Shown: piece by piece, positions 1 through 8,585 of the stretch
How positions within the stretch are numbered: position 1 is the first letter of the stretch
Layout: each line of letters starts with the position of its first letter
Source of the DNA: Candidatus Doudnabacteria bacterium
GTDB taxonomy: Bacteria > Patescibacteriota > Doudnabacteria > UBA920 > VMFF01
DNA: 64,000 nucleotides
Assembly: GCA_963840645.1 (NCBI GenBank)
Contig: CAWIZL010000002.1
Coordinates: forward strand, 337,663-401,662
Direction of reading: 5' to 3'
The notes under the pieces: model-generated
What the model saw: only the letters and a program-made list of their open reading frames with translations
Told to the model about the DNA's origin: nothing
Databases searched by the model: none
Translations under genes and position numbers: made by a program

Positions 1-766
1 TTGGAATTGATGCTGGGTTCTGGCTGGCCTGCGCTGCTGCGACAGTTGTCTGGATGTCTGCGAGAGCCTGTGCTTGGCCTGGGGCAACAGATGCTGCTGG
101 CACGAGCTGCTGCTGCGCTGCTGCGAGCTGCTCTACGCTCTGCGCGAGGCTCGAGTTGCTCTGCACTGAGGATCCAGCAGTTGCAGTAGAGCTTTTCACA
201 ACAGCCTGCACGCTGCTCACGGCCTGGCTGGTTGCGCTGTTCAGGTAGCTAATGGCAGTTGCCTTTGAAGATGAATCTGCGTTGCTAGAGAGCACTGTCT
301 GCGCATCAGCCAAACGCTCTGAGGCTATTTGAACCTGCAGCTGCGCCCTGCTCAGCGGCGTTGTGGCTAGGGCAAGCTGTGCGTTTTCGTAGCCAGCCTT
401 CAGCGTGAAGAGCGTATCGCCAGGCAGGCTCTTTGATGCGGCGTAAGCAGTGCCGCTGATGATGAACACAACAATGACAGCTGTGAACGCGTAGCCAAAC
501 GTCTTGAAAGAGTTGATGAACGCCAGCACGCCGTTCTTTGATTTCTGGTAAGCAGGGTCAAGGTAGAGCCTGCGCTTTGATGGCGCTGGCACCTGCACCT
601 TTGGCAGTGACTGCACTGCGCTCACGATGCCCAGCATTTTTACCAGTGATGCACGCTCAGCTTCTGGGTACGCTGAAGCAACCGATTCAATCGGCTGTCC
701 ACTCGAAACCCTGGCAATTGCCTCGTCGAGGGCTGCGTACTTTTTAGTTGCTTTACTTCTGAACAT
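1..766 (-). CDS. Putative anti-sigma factor / DUF5667-like membrane protein (3' part runs off window)
   Basis: Open minus-strand frame absent from the ORF track because it has no stop inside the window. ATG at 766-764 overlaps the sigma-factor stop (ATGTTCAGAAGTAA). Translation begins MFRSKATKKYAALDEAIARVSSGQPIES...PKVQVPAPSKRRL, followed by one TM helix (FGYAFTAVIVVFIISGTAYA), then PGDTLFTLKAGYENAQLAL and an Ala/Gln/Ser-rich tail. It sits directly downstream of an ECF sigma gene. Confidence 0.6.
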   Translation of the reverse strand, partial: MFRSKATKKYAALDEAIARVSSGQPIESVASAYPEAERASLVKMLGIVSAVQSLPKVQVPAPSKRRLYLDPAYQKSKNGVLAFINSFKTFGYAFTAVIVVFIISGTAYAASKSLPGDTLFTLKAGYENAQLALATTPLSRAQLQVQIASERLADAQTVLSSNADSSSKATAISYLNSATSQAVSSVQAVVKSSTATAGSSVQSNSSLAQSVEQLAAAQQQLVPAASVAPGQAQALADIQTTVAAAQASQNPASIP

Positions 767-1367
767 TGGAGTTGTTGATGTGGTCTTCTAAAAGTTGCTG
801 TAATTTTTGAATTGCCCTGTGCTGGATGACGCGGATAGAGCCTTCGCTCTTTGCCACCAGCTCTGCGATCTCTGGGTTATCTAAGTCTTCGAGGAACTTG
901 AGCTTCACAATGACCTGCTGCTCTGGTGTGAGCTGCTTGAGCAGCTGCATGAACAGCTCTTGGTTCAGCACTTGGTTTGCGTTGTTCGCAAGATCGTCTG
1001 GTGCTTCGAGAATGTTCTCGACCTCTACCAGGTCAACGGTCGCCTTGTCTTGCCTGTAGTGGTCAATGACGCGGTTTCTCGCTATCTGGTACAGCCAGCC
1101 GCCAAATGCCTCTGCTTTCACAGATGCAATCTTCTGCCAAGCTTTGACAAACACGTCTTCTGTGATGTCTTCCGCGACTTCCTTGTGGCTGACGCGGTAG
1201 AACACGAAGCGGTAGATTTTATCAAAGTAGGCATTGTAGAGCTCGCCGAAAGCGTCTTCTTCGCCACCCTTTGCCCTTAACACAATGGGCAAAAGAGAGG
1301 TATCATTGTAGTGAAGGCTTTCGAGAGCCTCTGAATTTGTTTCAGACATATATGAAGGTGCCACCAA
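753..1367 (-). CDS. RNA polymerase sigma-70 family (ECF-type) sigma factor
   Basis: 204 aa. Region 2-like segment FGELYNAYFDKIYRFVFYRV..DITEDVFVKAW and region 4 HTH NPEIAELVAKSEGSIRVIQHRAIQKL. Confidence 0.9.
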   Translation of the reverse strand: MVAPSYMSETNSEALESLHYNDTSLLPIVLRAKGGEEDAFGELYNAYFDKIYRFVFYRVSHKEVAEDITEDVFVKAWQKIASVKAEAFGGWLYQIARNRVIDHYRQDKATVDLVEVENILEAPDDLANNANQVLNQELFMQLLKQLTPEQQVIVKLKFLEDLDNPEIAELVAKSEGSIRVIQHRAIQKLQQLLEDHINNSNVQK

Positions 1368-1405
1368 TAATGACGGATTAGCTAGGGTTTTGTTACGGGT
1401 AGTCT

Positions 1406-1741
1406 ATGGTATTAAGCAGGAAATCAATGAAAAAAGCAAATCAAAAACAGGGGAGTTCGGGCAGGCTAAAGGTTCATTCTGCCAGCCACTCTTTTACGAA
1501 CCGCGTGCTCACAGTGGTTGTTGCCATTCCAAAGGGTAAAGTGCTCACGTACAAGGAGGTTGCTGATGCTGCGGGCAGCCCAGGTGCGTACCGCGCAGTT
1601 GGCACGATCATGAGCCACAATTATAACCCAAAAATCCCGTGCCATCGAGTGGTGCGTTCTGACGGCAGGCTAGGGGAGTACAACCGCGGGGCAGAGTTGA
1701 AGAGGGAGAAGCTGGTGAAGGAAGGGGCGATAGAAAAGTAA
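1406..1741 (+). CDS. Methylated-DNA-protein-cysteine methyltransferase (MGMT) family protein, DNA-binding/active-site domain only
   Basis: 111 aa with the PCHRV active-site motif (KIPCHRVVRSDGRLGEY) and the upstream YKEVA..G.P.AYRAVG helix-turn-helix segment. Confidence 0.8.
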   Translation: MVLSRKSMKKANQKQGSSGRLKVHSASHSFTNRVLTVVVAIPKGKVLTYKEVADAAGSPGAYRAVGTIMSHNYNPKIPCHRVVRSDGRLGEYNRGAELKREKLVKEGAIEK

Positions 1742-1797
1742 AAATGTAAAGAGGATCAGCTGCTAGCTGACCCTCTTGCTTGTATTGTTGCGAATGC

Positions 1798-2355
1798 CTA
1801 AATCATTTCTGTTGCAATGCCCAAGTTCATTGCTTCTGTCGCCTTGAGCGCGCGCTCTTCTATCATCATGCGTTTGATTTTGCGAGCCGGCATTTTTCCT
1901 GAGCTGTTGGAGGCCACGATCTCAGCGTAGTAATCTGTGTGTCTCTGTAGATCGGCTACTCCTTTTTTAAACTCGCTCAAATTGAGGGTGAAAGGTCTTT
2001 CGTAACTCCTGCTTACCTCGTGGATCAGAAATGCGGTGTGCGATCCGGCGATGCGTCTCTTCCCTGCCATGTAAAAGATGAGGGCAACGGAATCTACGGC
2101 ACCGAGGGCCACTGTTACCAGGGGATTTGTTTCCAGAGCTCTCACGCTGTCGTAAAAGGCGAAGCCTGCTGTGGATAGCCCACCGCAACTGTGTATGAGC
2201 AGGTGGATAGGCTGCTTGGGGTCTTCCGCCATGAGGCGAAAAAAATCTTTGGTAAGTTTTTCGGTGCTCTCGTATCCAATGTTTCCTGAGAGGTGGAGTG
2301 TTCTTGCAAGGTTCGCTGAAAAGGCCACTTTGGGTAATCCTCCTGGGTAGTGCAA
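1798..2355 (-). CDS. ClpP/S14-family serine protease-like protein (divergent)
   Basis: 185 aa that aligns by eye to the ClpP core. [22 protein letters not shown] corresponds to [32 protein letters not shown] to GQAASMGAFL, and LIHEV to MIHQP. It lies in the accessory region. Confidence 0.65.
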   Translation of the reverse strand: [185 protein letters not shown]

Positions 2356-2464
2356 ATTTTTGAACTCCTGTATTCTACTATTTTGTATTCAACTTGTCAA
2401 CTTCGCTGGAATAAAAAGAGCGCTCCGGTGTTACCGAAGCGCGTAGTGCACAAAACTGCTGTGC

Positions 2465-3004
2465 TCAGTGGGTGGCGCGTACACGTGCGCTCTCTTGTTC
2501 AATCTTTTTGACTTCCTCTAAGGCCTTCTCTGCCCACCACGTCCAGACAGACATTAGAAACGACTGCTCAATGCTATCGCTACAGCCAAAGGCACGGAAC
2601 TCTGCCCCATTCTCAGAAGTAGAATTGGGAACGAGCACGAGGTAGCACTCTCCGTGGCGCGGGCAATTAATTTGCCTGAGGCCGTAGTCTCCGAAGAGGA
2701 GAATGTTGTCTCCATTAGAAACGTTCACGCCAGCATCGTGTGCAAGGATTCTCGGATGAATCTGGCAATTTTTCATTCCCATTTTCATGGAGAGGTTGAA
2801 TGAGGCCTCCAAGAACTTACGAGAAACTCTGATTCTGATTTCGTAGACGTTGTCTTTAACTATGCAAACCCACGTAGAGACGTGCCAGTGGTGCTCCACT
2901 GGCTGCAACTTTTTCTTTTCTTGTGACAAGGTATCCTCCCTTTGATGCCAAAAGGTTAGCATGGAAAACAAGATTTGTACAGAGGGCGCTTTAGATAGCA
3001 TCAA
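2465..3004 (-). CDS. Hypothetical protein
   Basis: 179-aa ORF with no recognisable motifs. The start is uncertain. The IS left end lies 22 nt upstream of its annotated start. Confidence 0.35.
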   Translation of the reverse strand: MMLSKAPSVQILFSMLTFWHQREDTLSQEKKKLQPVEHHWHVSTWVCIVKDNVYEIRIRVSRKFLEASFNLSMKMGMKNCQIHPRILAHDAGVNVSNGDNILLFGDYGLRQINCPRHGECYLVLVPNSTSENGAEFRAFGCSDSIEQSFLMSVWTWWAEKALEEVKKIEQESARVRATH

Positions 3005-3025
3005 CTGTTACTGGGCGGTGAGCGG

Positions 3026-3052
3026 TTAGATAGCAATGCCTGTTACTGTAGC
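3026..3052. repeat. IS left inverted repeat
   Basis: 27 nt. The outer 7 nt and inner 13 nt are identical to the reverse complement of 4209-4236. Confidence 0.6.
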
Positions 3053-3057
3053 TGCAT

Positions 3058-4218
3058 ATGACCATGGCTACAATACAAGAGGTTCTGAAAGACAGGCTAG
3101 CGGACTACCTGGCCGCGGGCAGAGCAGGCAAGAAGGTGGTGCTGGATGTTCTGGGAACGACCACCCGCATGCACCGGCACGCCATCATCAGGCGGCTGAA
3201 CCAGCTGGCCACCCGTGATCCAGGCTGGGAGAAAAAACGTCCAGGGCGCAGGGAGCGGTACGGCCCGAGGGTGGCGGAAGCCCTGCACGAAATCTGGGGG
3301 CTCGCTGACCACATCTGCGCCGAGCGGCTGCACCCGCAGCTCGGCGAGTGGGTCACGGTATTGAAACGCTGCAAAGAGTGGCGCTACCCAGCCGACACGA
3401 CCGAGCTGCTGCTCTCCATGAGCCTGGGCACGGCCAAAGACAAGATCGAGGCGTTTCCGCGGCTCGCCCGTGGGAACACGGGAACCACCAAGCCGTCCGA
3501 GCTCAAGGAGCTCGTGCCCATCAGGCGCGGCCCGTGGGAGAACCCCGAGCCCGGCAAGGGCGAGGTGGACACGGTCGCCCACTGCGGCACGAGCCTCACC
3601 GGAGACTACGCGTTCACGGTGCAGTACACCGACGTGGCGACGATCTGGACGCTGCTCCGGGCGCAGTGGAACAAGGGCATGCTGGCCACCCGCGACAGCC
3701 TCGAGGCGATGCGGGAGCGGTGCCCGCTGGCCATCACGGGCTTCGACTTCGACTCGGGGAGTGAGTTCATCAACCACGAGGTCGTGCCGTGGTGCAGCAG
3801 CTTGACCCCAAAAATTACCTGCACCAGAACCAGGCCCTACAGGAAGAACGACCACGCCAGGATCGAGCAGAAGAACTACACGAACGTGCGGCACTGGGTC
3901 GGCTACCTGCGCTACGACCAACCCGGGCAGGTCGCCATTCTGAACGAGCTCTACCCGCTGCTCGAGGACTACGTCAACTTCTTCCTGCCGTCCATGAAGT
4001 GCCTGGGCAAGGAGCGGGTTGGCTCGAAGTACAAACGTGTGTACGACACGCCGCAGACCGCCTACGCCAGGGTGCTCGCGCACGAGAAAGTTCCCGAGGG
4101 CGTTAAGGCGGTGCTGAAAGCAAAGTATGCTACACTCAACCCGAAACAATTAAAGTCCAAACTGGAGCAGCTCCAGCAGCGGCTACTGTCGTCTTACCGG
4201 AAGCACCGGCTACAGTAA
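3058..4218 (+). CDS. DDE-type integrase/transposase (rve integrase core)
   Basis: 386 aa. Candidate D,D,E triad in GEVDTVAHCG, FDFDSGSEFINHEV and RPYRKNDHARIEQKNYTNVRHWVGYLRY. The N-terminal region is HTH-like. The stop codon lies inside the right IR. Confidence 0.85.
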   Translation: MTMATIQEVLKDRLADYLAAGRAGKKVVLDVLGTTTRMHRHAIIRRLNQLATRDPGWEKKRPGRRERYGPRVAEALHEIWGLADHICAERLHPQLGEWVTVLKRCKEWRYPADTTELLLSMSLGTAKDKIEAFPRLARGNTGTTKPSELKELVPIRRGPWENPEPGKGEVDTVAHCGTSLTGDYAFTVQYTDVATIWTLLRAQWNKGMLATRDSLEAMRERCPLAITGFDFDSGSEFINHEVVPWCSSLTPKITCTRTRPYRKNDHARIEQKNYTNVRHWVGYLRYDQPGQVAILNELYPLLEDYVNFFLPSMKCLGKERVGSKYKRVYDTPQTAYARVLAHEKVPEGVKAVLKAKYATLNPKQLKSKLEQLQQRLLSSYRKHRLQ

Positions 4219-4236
4219 CAGTTTCTAATTATCTAA
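4209..4236. repeat. IS right inverted repeat
   Basis: GCTACAGTAACAGTTTCTAATTATCTAA, the reverse-complement partner of 3026-3052. Confidence 0.6.
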
Positions 4237-4272
4237 TGCGGAGGGTGCAATGCTGTCTTTTTTAAAACAGTA

Positions 4273-4320
4273 ATGCCACCCCACTGCGCTTTCAGCGCAG
4301 TGGGGTGGCAAGGCATTTTT
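4273..4320. terminator. Bidirectional rho-independent terminator
   Basis: Perfect 15-bp stem GCCACCCCACTGCGC/GCGCAGTGGGGTGGC with a TTTCA loop. T-runs follow on both strands. It sits between the IS and the convergent gene 4319-5056. Confidence 0.6.
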
Positions 4321-5056
4321 AGCTTGGAAGCAGCTGTTCCTGGATGACAGAGCCTGCGCGCCAGTCTGATGCTGGCTCAGGGTAGAAGCGCAGGTCGTCG
4401 TGCCACGGCATCTGCACGAGCAGGGGATTTATCCCAAAACGCTCGCGTAGCTTTACGAATGCAGGTGTAAAAACTTTATCCGTGAGGGTCGCAAGCTCAG
4501 AGCCTGACTCGCCCCCGTGGTAGTCCTCGAACATCACGCCGTGCGCAATGAAGAGGGAGAGGTACGCCTCGTAGTACTGCTCTGCGCTCCCGAACTGTCC
4601 GTAGAAATCAGACAGGTCTTCTCTGGAGTTTGGGATTCGTGAATCGTGGAGGTGGTGGTGAAAGTCTACCAGCCTCTTGCCGCACGTCAGCGTGATCCTG
4701 TCGATTGGCTTGCCGCGCCACTTCTGGAACGGTGCCAGCTGAACAGGCTTAATGACCATGCCATTGCGACGGCCTCGCCTCACGAAGAAGCGCGGACGCA
4801 GCAAGCTCTTCTTTGGCCTTGACTCTGTGCTGAACTTGCCTGCTGTGTACTCGAGCCAGAACGGTGAAAGCTTTGCTGCGGCTGCGTATTCCGAGAACAC
4901 CGCGTCTTCGTAGCGGAAAGTTGCCACAGGTCTCCCGAATCCTGCAATCGGATGACCGGTCAAGAATAGCTGTGGAATTGCCCAGTTATTTTTTGCCCAC
5001 CAGCGCTCAATGTTTGTCCTGAGCACTTTCCGGTGGTCGAAGCTCTCGCCGTGCAC
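4319..5056 (-). CDS. Hypothetical protein
   Basis: 245-aa ORF, GC-rich, with no motif I can name. It contains a His cluster (FHHHLHD). Confidence 0.45.
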   Translation of the reverse strand: MHGESFDHRKVLRTNIERWWAKNNWAIPQLFLTGHPIAGFGRPVATFRYEDAVFSEYAAAAKLSPFWLEYTAGKFSTESRPKKSLLRPRFFVRRGRRNGMVIKPVQLAPFQKWRGKPIDRITLTCGKRLVDFHHHLHDSRIPNSREDLSDFYGQFGSAEQYYEAYLSLFIAHGVMFEDYHGGESGSELATLTDKVFTPAFVKLRERFGINPLLVQMPWHDDLRFYPEPASDWRAGSVIQEQLLPS

Positions 5057-5177
5057 TTTTTAACGGTACGTAAAAATCTGCTGTTTCCAAGTTCGTACTA
5101 CCCCCTTTGGTATGTAAACACACTTAGTATTTTGGAACAGAAGGGGGAGTGGTGTCAAGGGGTTTTGGTGGCTGGTG

Positions 5178-5681
5178 CTACTTTCCCTGCCTCACGCCCA
5201 CCAGCTGCCACGCTCTCACGAGCGCCGCGCCGAAGAGTGCTGCGAGCAGGCTGATGAGCACGTAGGTTGCAGATGCGCTAGCAGGATTTTTGATGAGCAC
5301 GATTGCGTACGCGAGCTGCACGATGTAGAGGGCAAAGATGAAGGTGAGGGTGCTGATGCTCTCTGCTGCTGCTGCTGCGCGGCTGTTGAACGGGGTCTTG
5401 CGCGCAATGTCCACGAGTGTGCTGATGCCAAAGGTGCTCATGGCGAGCGATGCCCAGGCAAGCCCTGCGCCTGGGATGAGGGCAATGAGCGACACGAAGA
5501 ACACGTTGACGAGCGCAGAGTAGCTTCCCTCTGCGAGGAGGCGCTCACGTGAGCTGAGGGTGTCTGGGGTTTTGTCGGCTGACTGCGTGATGAATGAGAG
5601 CGCGACAAAGAGCAGCCCAATGAAGGCTGAGGAGGCTGTGATTGCGGCTATGAGGAAGTTTGTGAAGGGGGAGAGGGGCAT
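5178..5681 (-). CDS. Hypothetical integral membrane protein (about 4-5 TM)
   Basis: 167 aa, strongly hydrophobic and GC-rich. The start codon and first residues (MPLSPF) are encoded by the tRNA-Ser-like repeat at 5670-5693. Confidence 0.5.
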   Translation of the reverse strand: MPLSPFTNFLIAAITASSAFIGLLFVALSFITQSADKTPDTLSSRERLLAEGSYSALVNVFFVSLIALIPGAGLAWASLAMSTFGISTLVDIARKTPFNSRAAAAAESISTLTFIFALYIVQLAYAIVLIKNPASASATYVLISLLAALFGAALVRAWQLVGVRQGK

Positions 5682-5693
5682 GGGATTCTTGAA
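5670..5693 (+). repeat. tRNA-Ser 3'-end-like fragment (putative distal att repeat)
   Basis: GGAGAGGGGcatGGGATTCtTGAA compared with the tRNA-Ser gene on the + strand, GGAGAGGGGGGGATTCGAACC (11523-11543). Same orientation. The GC-to-AT composition switch occurs immediately to its right. Confidence 0.5.
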
Positions 5694-5706
5694 TTATAGC
5701 AGGCTC

Positions 5707-6279
5707 TTATGTGAGGCCACGAAATTTGAAGAGACTTTTTTTGATTCGAGAAAATAATGATGGATGATTTGAGGCGACGAAAGGATAAAGATCGGAAAAA
5801 TCCTGAGCAACCTCAATAAACTTTTGGTGGTCTGACTTTAAATGCCAAGTAAGACCTGAAGATGTAATCTGGTCGTTGAGCAAAGAGGTGCTTATTTTAA
5901 TGCTCTCTGAATCAGGACTAAAAATGGTGCCTTTTGGTAAGTCTGAAATGAGAGTTGGCTTTACATTCTCTTGGTCTAAACCATGCTCAAAATGATCGCG
6001 CAGCTTAATTTTTTTAAAGAGAGCCGAATTTTTACCTTTAAGATTTGCAACCCGAGAATCGTATCTGGCGGCTTCTTCTATCTCTCGAAGGATGCGACGT
6101 AAAAGTACTGAATAAAAGTCCACATCGTGTACAGGACTTGCGCCAGCACTTACGGCGATTTGTTGACTAGAATATATTCGTTGTCGTTGGAGCTCTAAGC
6201 TACAAAGCTTGGATCTTATTTCATATTGAAATAGGATCCTATCAGGATTCATAATCCTCGAATTCTGTGTAGTGTTCAA
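5707..6279 (-). CDS. Hypothetical protein (last gene of island operon)
   Basis: 190-aa AT-rich ORF that starts 18 nt after the methyltransferase stop. No recognisable motifs. Confidence 0.45.
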   Translation of the reverse strand: MNTTQNSRIMNPDRILFQYEIRSKLCSLELQRQRIYSSQQIAVSAGASPVHDVDFYSVLLRRILREIEEAARYDSRVANLKGKNSALFKKIKLRDHFEHGLDQENVKPTLISDLPKGTIFSPDSESIKISTSLLNDQITSSGLTWHLKSDHQKFIEVAQDFSDLYPFVASNHPSLFSRIKKSLFKFRGLT

Positions 6280-6297
6280 TTTTTTATTTATAATTAG

Positions 6298-7542
6298 TTA
6301 TAGTAGGTTTTGTTGGTTCTGAGTCGGCTCCACTATATCCATCGTTTTCAGGTCATGTTTGTTTCTCAGCATAGCGATCAAGCAAAGTCCAATATGGTAA
6401 CTCAAATTCACAGGCACAGCATTGCCAATTTGCTTGTACTGAGAAGCTGTTGAGCCTTGAAAATTCCAGTTGTCAGGAAAGGTTTGAATACGGGCGTACT
6501 CTCTAATGGTCAGAGGTCTCGTTTCTGATGGATGACATCGTTCTGTTTGTTTTTGAGCAGGAGCACAGGTCAAAGTAAGGCTCGGTTCATCCCAAGCTAA
6601 TCTGCGAGCCATTCCCGTTTTGCCACCGCCCATATGAAAGCTCGCCTGCATGTACTCTTTCTGCAAAGCTAAAGGCAGATCTCTCCAGTAACCACCCTCT
6701 GGAATTTTATCCAGTATTTCTTTTTTTCGCTTCGGATACTTTTGACCCGGAGAATCAGGCACATTTTCGAGTGCCTCTCTGATGCTCACGGTGTAATCAT
6801 GTTCTTTCGGAAAAAGTAACGGTAGCTTTAAGTCGTTGCGGACACCTAAAATTACCAAACGCTCACGTTTCTGTGGGACATCTAAGTACTGAGACCTTAA
6901 AACTTTGTAGGCGACTTTGTATCCAAGGTCACGCAACACGTGGATGATAGTGTTTAAAGTTCTGCCATCGTCGTGGGTAAGGAGTCCTTTCACATTCTCA
7001 CCCATGAATATTTTTGGCCTTACTTGCTTAACACAGCGTGCAAGTTCGTAGAAAAGTGTACCGCGGGTATCGTCAAAGCCCATTTTTTTGCCTGCGTGAC
7101 TAAAAGCTTGGCAGGGGAATCCACCCTCAACAATATCAGCTTTCATCCTTTTGAAATCAAATTCTCTTACATTGGCTTTCTCGACATTCCAGTTCGGATG
7201 ATTCTTCTGTAATGTTGCGACTGAGTCCTTATCAATATCAAGCAGCAGTTTGTGTTTTAGGCCAGCATTTTCAAAACCAAGTGCTGTTCCACCAGCACCA
7301 GCGAAAAGCTCTATTACAGAATAATTAGTTTTTTCTTTCGATTTGAGGACTTTAAATTTTCCTTTTTGATTTACCCCAGAGATTTTATCCTGTAGTCGTT
7401 TGATTTCTGTTACGTTGAAAAGCCTATGGTTGAGGTCAGAGCGTAGGGCTTTGATTAGACCTTTTTTGTCCCAACGTCTGATGGTATCAGGAGATACCCC
7501 CACAACCTGCGAAGCCGCGTGTACGTTTAGTAGTTCTTGCAT
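6298..7542 (-). CDS. dcm: DNA (cytosine-5)-methyltransferase with N-terminal MerR-like HTH
   Basis: 414 aa. C5-MTase motifs I ELFAGAGG, IV GGFPCQAFS, VI ENV, VIII QKRERLVILG and X GNAVPV. The N-terminus VGVSPDTIRRWDKKGLIKALR is HTH-like. Confidence 0.92.
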   Translation of the reverse strand: MQELLNVHAASQVVGVSPDTIRRWDKKGLIKALRSDLNHRLFNVTEIKRLQDKISGVNQKGKFKVLKSKEKTNYSVIELFAGAGGTALGFENAGLKHKLLLDIDKDSVATLQKNHPNWNVEKANVREFDFKRMKADIVEGGFPCQAFSHAGKKMGFDDTRGTLFYELARCVKQVRPKIFMGENVKGLLTHDDGRTLNTIIHVLRDLGYKVAYKVLRSQYLDVPQKRERLVILGVRNDLKLPLLFPKEHDYTVSIREALENVPDSPGQKYPKRKKEILDKIPEGGYWRDLPLALQKEYMQASFHMGGGKTGMARRLAWDEPSLTLTCAPAQKQTERCHPSETRPLTIREYARIQTFPDNWNFQGSTASQYKQIGNAVPVNLSYHIGLCLIAMLRNKHDLKTMDIVEPTQNQQNLL

Positions 7543-7616
7543 AGATTAATTATAAATAGTACCCTTGCAGTATGCAAGGGTACTATTTAATCTGTTTTTA
7601 ATACTTCTGTGGATAA

Positions 7617-8336
7617 CTAGTAAACACGATCAAATAAATCTTTGAATGCGTTATGTTTCTTGAGCTTTAAAGATTTTTTACCCAGTACCTTCGCTAGTAT
7701 CGAAGGCAGGATGGCATAAAGTTTTTCGAGCGCATTTTTGTCTCCAGTCGCAAGTGTGTAAAAGCTTTTACCATCAATTACACGAATTGATTTATTAGCG
7801 GGACGCCTTCGGTGAGTATTATTGTCTGAGGGTTCGAATGGCTTGTCGTAGATTTTTTTATTTGGAGGAATTATTTCAACGTAGTAAGCTGTGTAACCTT
7901 TGTAAGCATTCTTAAGTTGACGTTTTAGGTCATCGTAAATTGCAATCTTGTGGTTTCCTTTGGTGGTATTATACTTATTTTTAATTTCAGCGATGATTTT
8001 CTTTTTATCATTTATGATGTCAAAGACTTTTCCAGTCCCCATATTTTGCCAACCTTTTGAAGATCCCAGGATATTTTGATGGAAATTACCGAGGGCATTT
8101 TGCAGTGTTTTCTGGTTTTGGCGAGACTTTTCCTGTTTTACCCACTCAAAGATCGGAATACCTTGCCAGAGCGCATCGAATAAGGCAGAGAATGGATCAA
8201 CTGAATTTTTATAGAATACTTTCTCATCGGCTTTAAGCGATTTTTTTGCGGTATCGACCACACTTTGAACATGATTAAAAAGGTTTTGTTTAGTTATGAA
8301 AGAAAGGCTGTCCCTTGCTCTGCTAGGTAATTTCAT
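7617..8336 (-). CDS. Type II restriction endonuclease, Eco47II-family-like
   Basis: 239 aa immediately upstream of the C5 MTase. PD-(D/E)XK-like FDIINDKKKIIAEIKNKYNT. The DPFSALFDA...QKTLQNALGNFHQNILG blocks match my memory of the Eco47II (GGNCC) family. Confidence 0.6.
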   Translation of the reverse strand: MKLPSRARDSLSFITKQNLFNHVQSVVDTAKKSLKADEKVFYKNSVDPFSALFDALWQGIPIFEWVKQEKSRQNQKTLQNALGNFHQNILGSSKGWQNMGTGKVFDIINDKKKIIAEIKNKYNTTKGNHKIAIYDDLKRQLKNAYKGYTAYYVEIIPPNKKIYDKPFEPSDNNTHRRRPANKSIRVIDGKSFYTLATGDKNALEKLYAILPSILAKVLGKKSLKLKKHNAFKDLFDRVY

Positions 8337-8358
8337 TCTTGCGATCGTTTTATTAAGT

Positions 8359-8577
8359 TTATACCTCGTACATTTTTCTCACGTATTTATTTATATAACT
8401 GTTTAAACCGAAACCTTGCTCAGCCAATGTTTTCATTTGTTCTATGTTTGAAGCACCAGCACTTCTATATGAGTACTTGTATGTTTTATGATCTCGAAAT
8501 TCCACAATAATAAAATCTGAACCTATTTGGTACTTTAGTATATTAGAGTTTCCGTCAGAATTTTTGTAGTAAGTCAT
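8359..8577 (-). CDS. KTSC domain-containing small protein
   Basis: 72 aa. LKYQIGSDFIIVEFRDHKTYKYSY...GFGLNSYINKYVRK resembles the KTSC domain pattern (..L.V.F..G..Y.Y......s.G.y.n..ir). Confidence 0.6.
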   Translation of the reverse strand: MTYYKNSDGNSNILKYQIGSDFIIVEFRDHKTYKYSYRSAGASNIEQMKTLAEQGFGLNSYINKYVRKMYEV

Positions 8578-8585
8578 CGATTTTA

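Larger units (their letters stand above)
3026..4237. mobile_element. Insertion sequence (~1.2 kb) with imperfect terminal inverted repeats and one DDE (rve-type) transposase gene
   Basis: Left end TTAGATAgcaatgcCTGTTACTGTAGC (3026-3052). The reverse complement of the right end (4209-4236) is TTAGATAattagaaaCTGTTACTGTAGC. A single intact transposase ORF lies between them. The element is visibly more GC-rich than its flanks. A 4-bp duplication GCGG is possible (3022-3025 and 4238-4241). Confidence 0.7.

Noticed and set aside
3097-4149. 350-aa minus-strand ORF antisense to the transposase, plus several other ORFs at 3105-3824.
   Set aside because: It has the Arg/Pro/Gly-rich composition typical of the antisense frame of a GC-rich gene. 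The + frame has the DDE integrase motifs.
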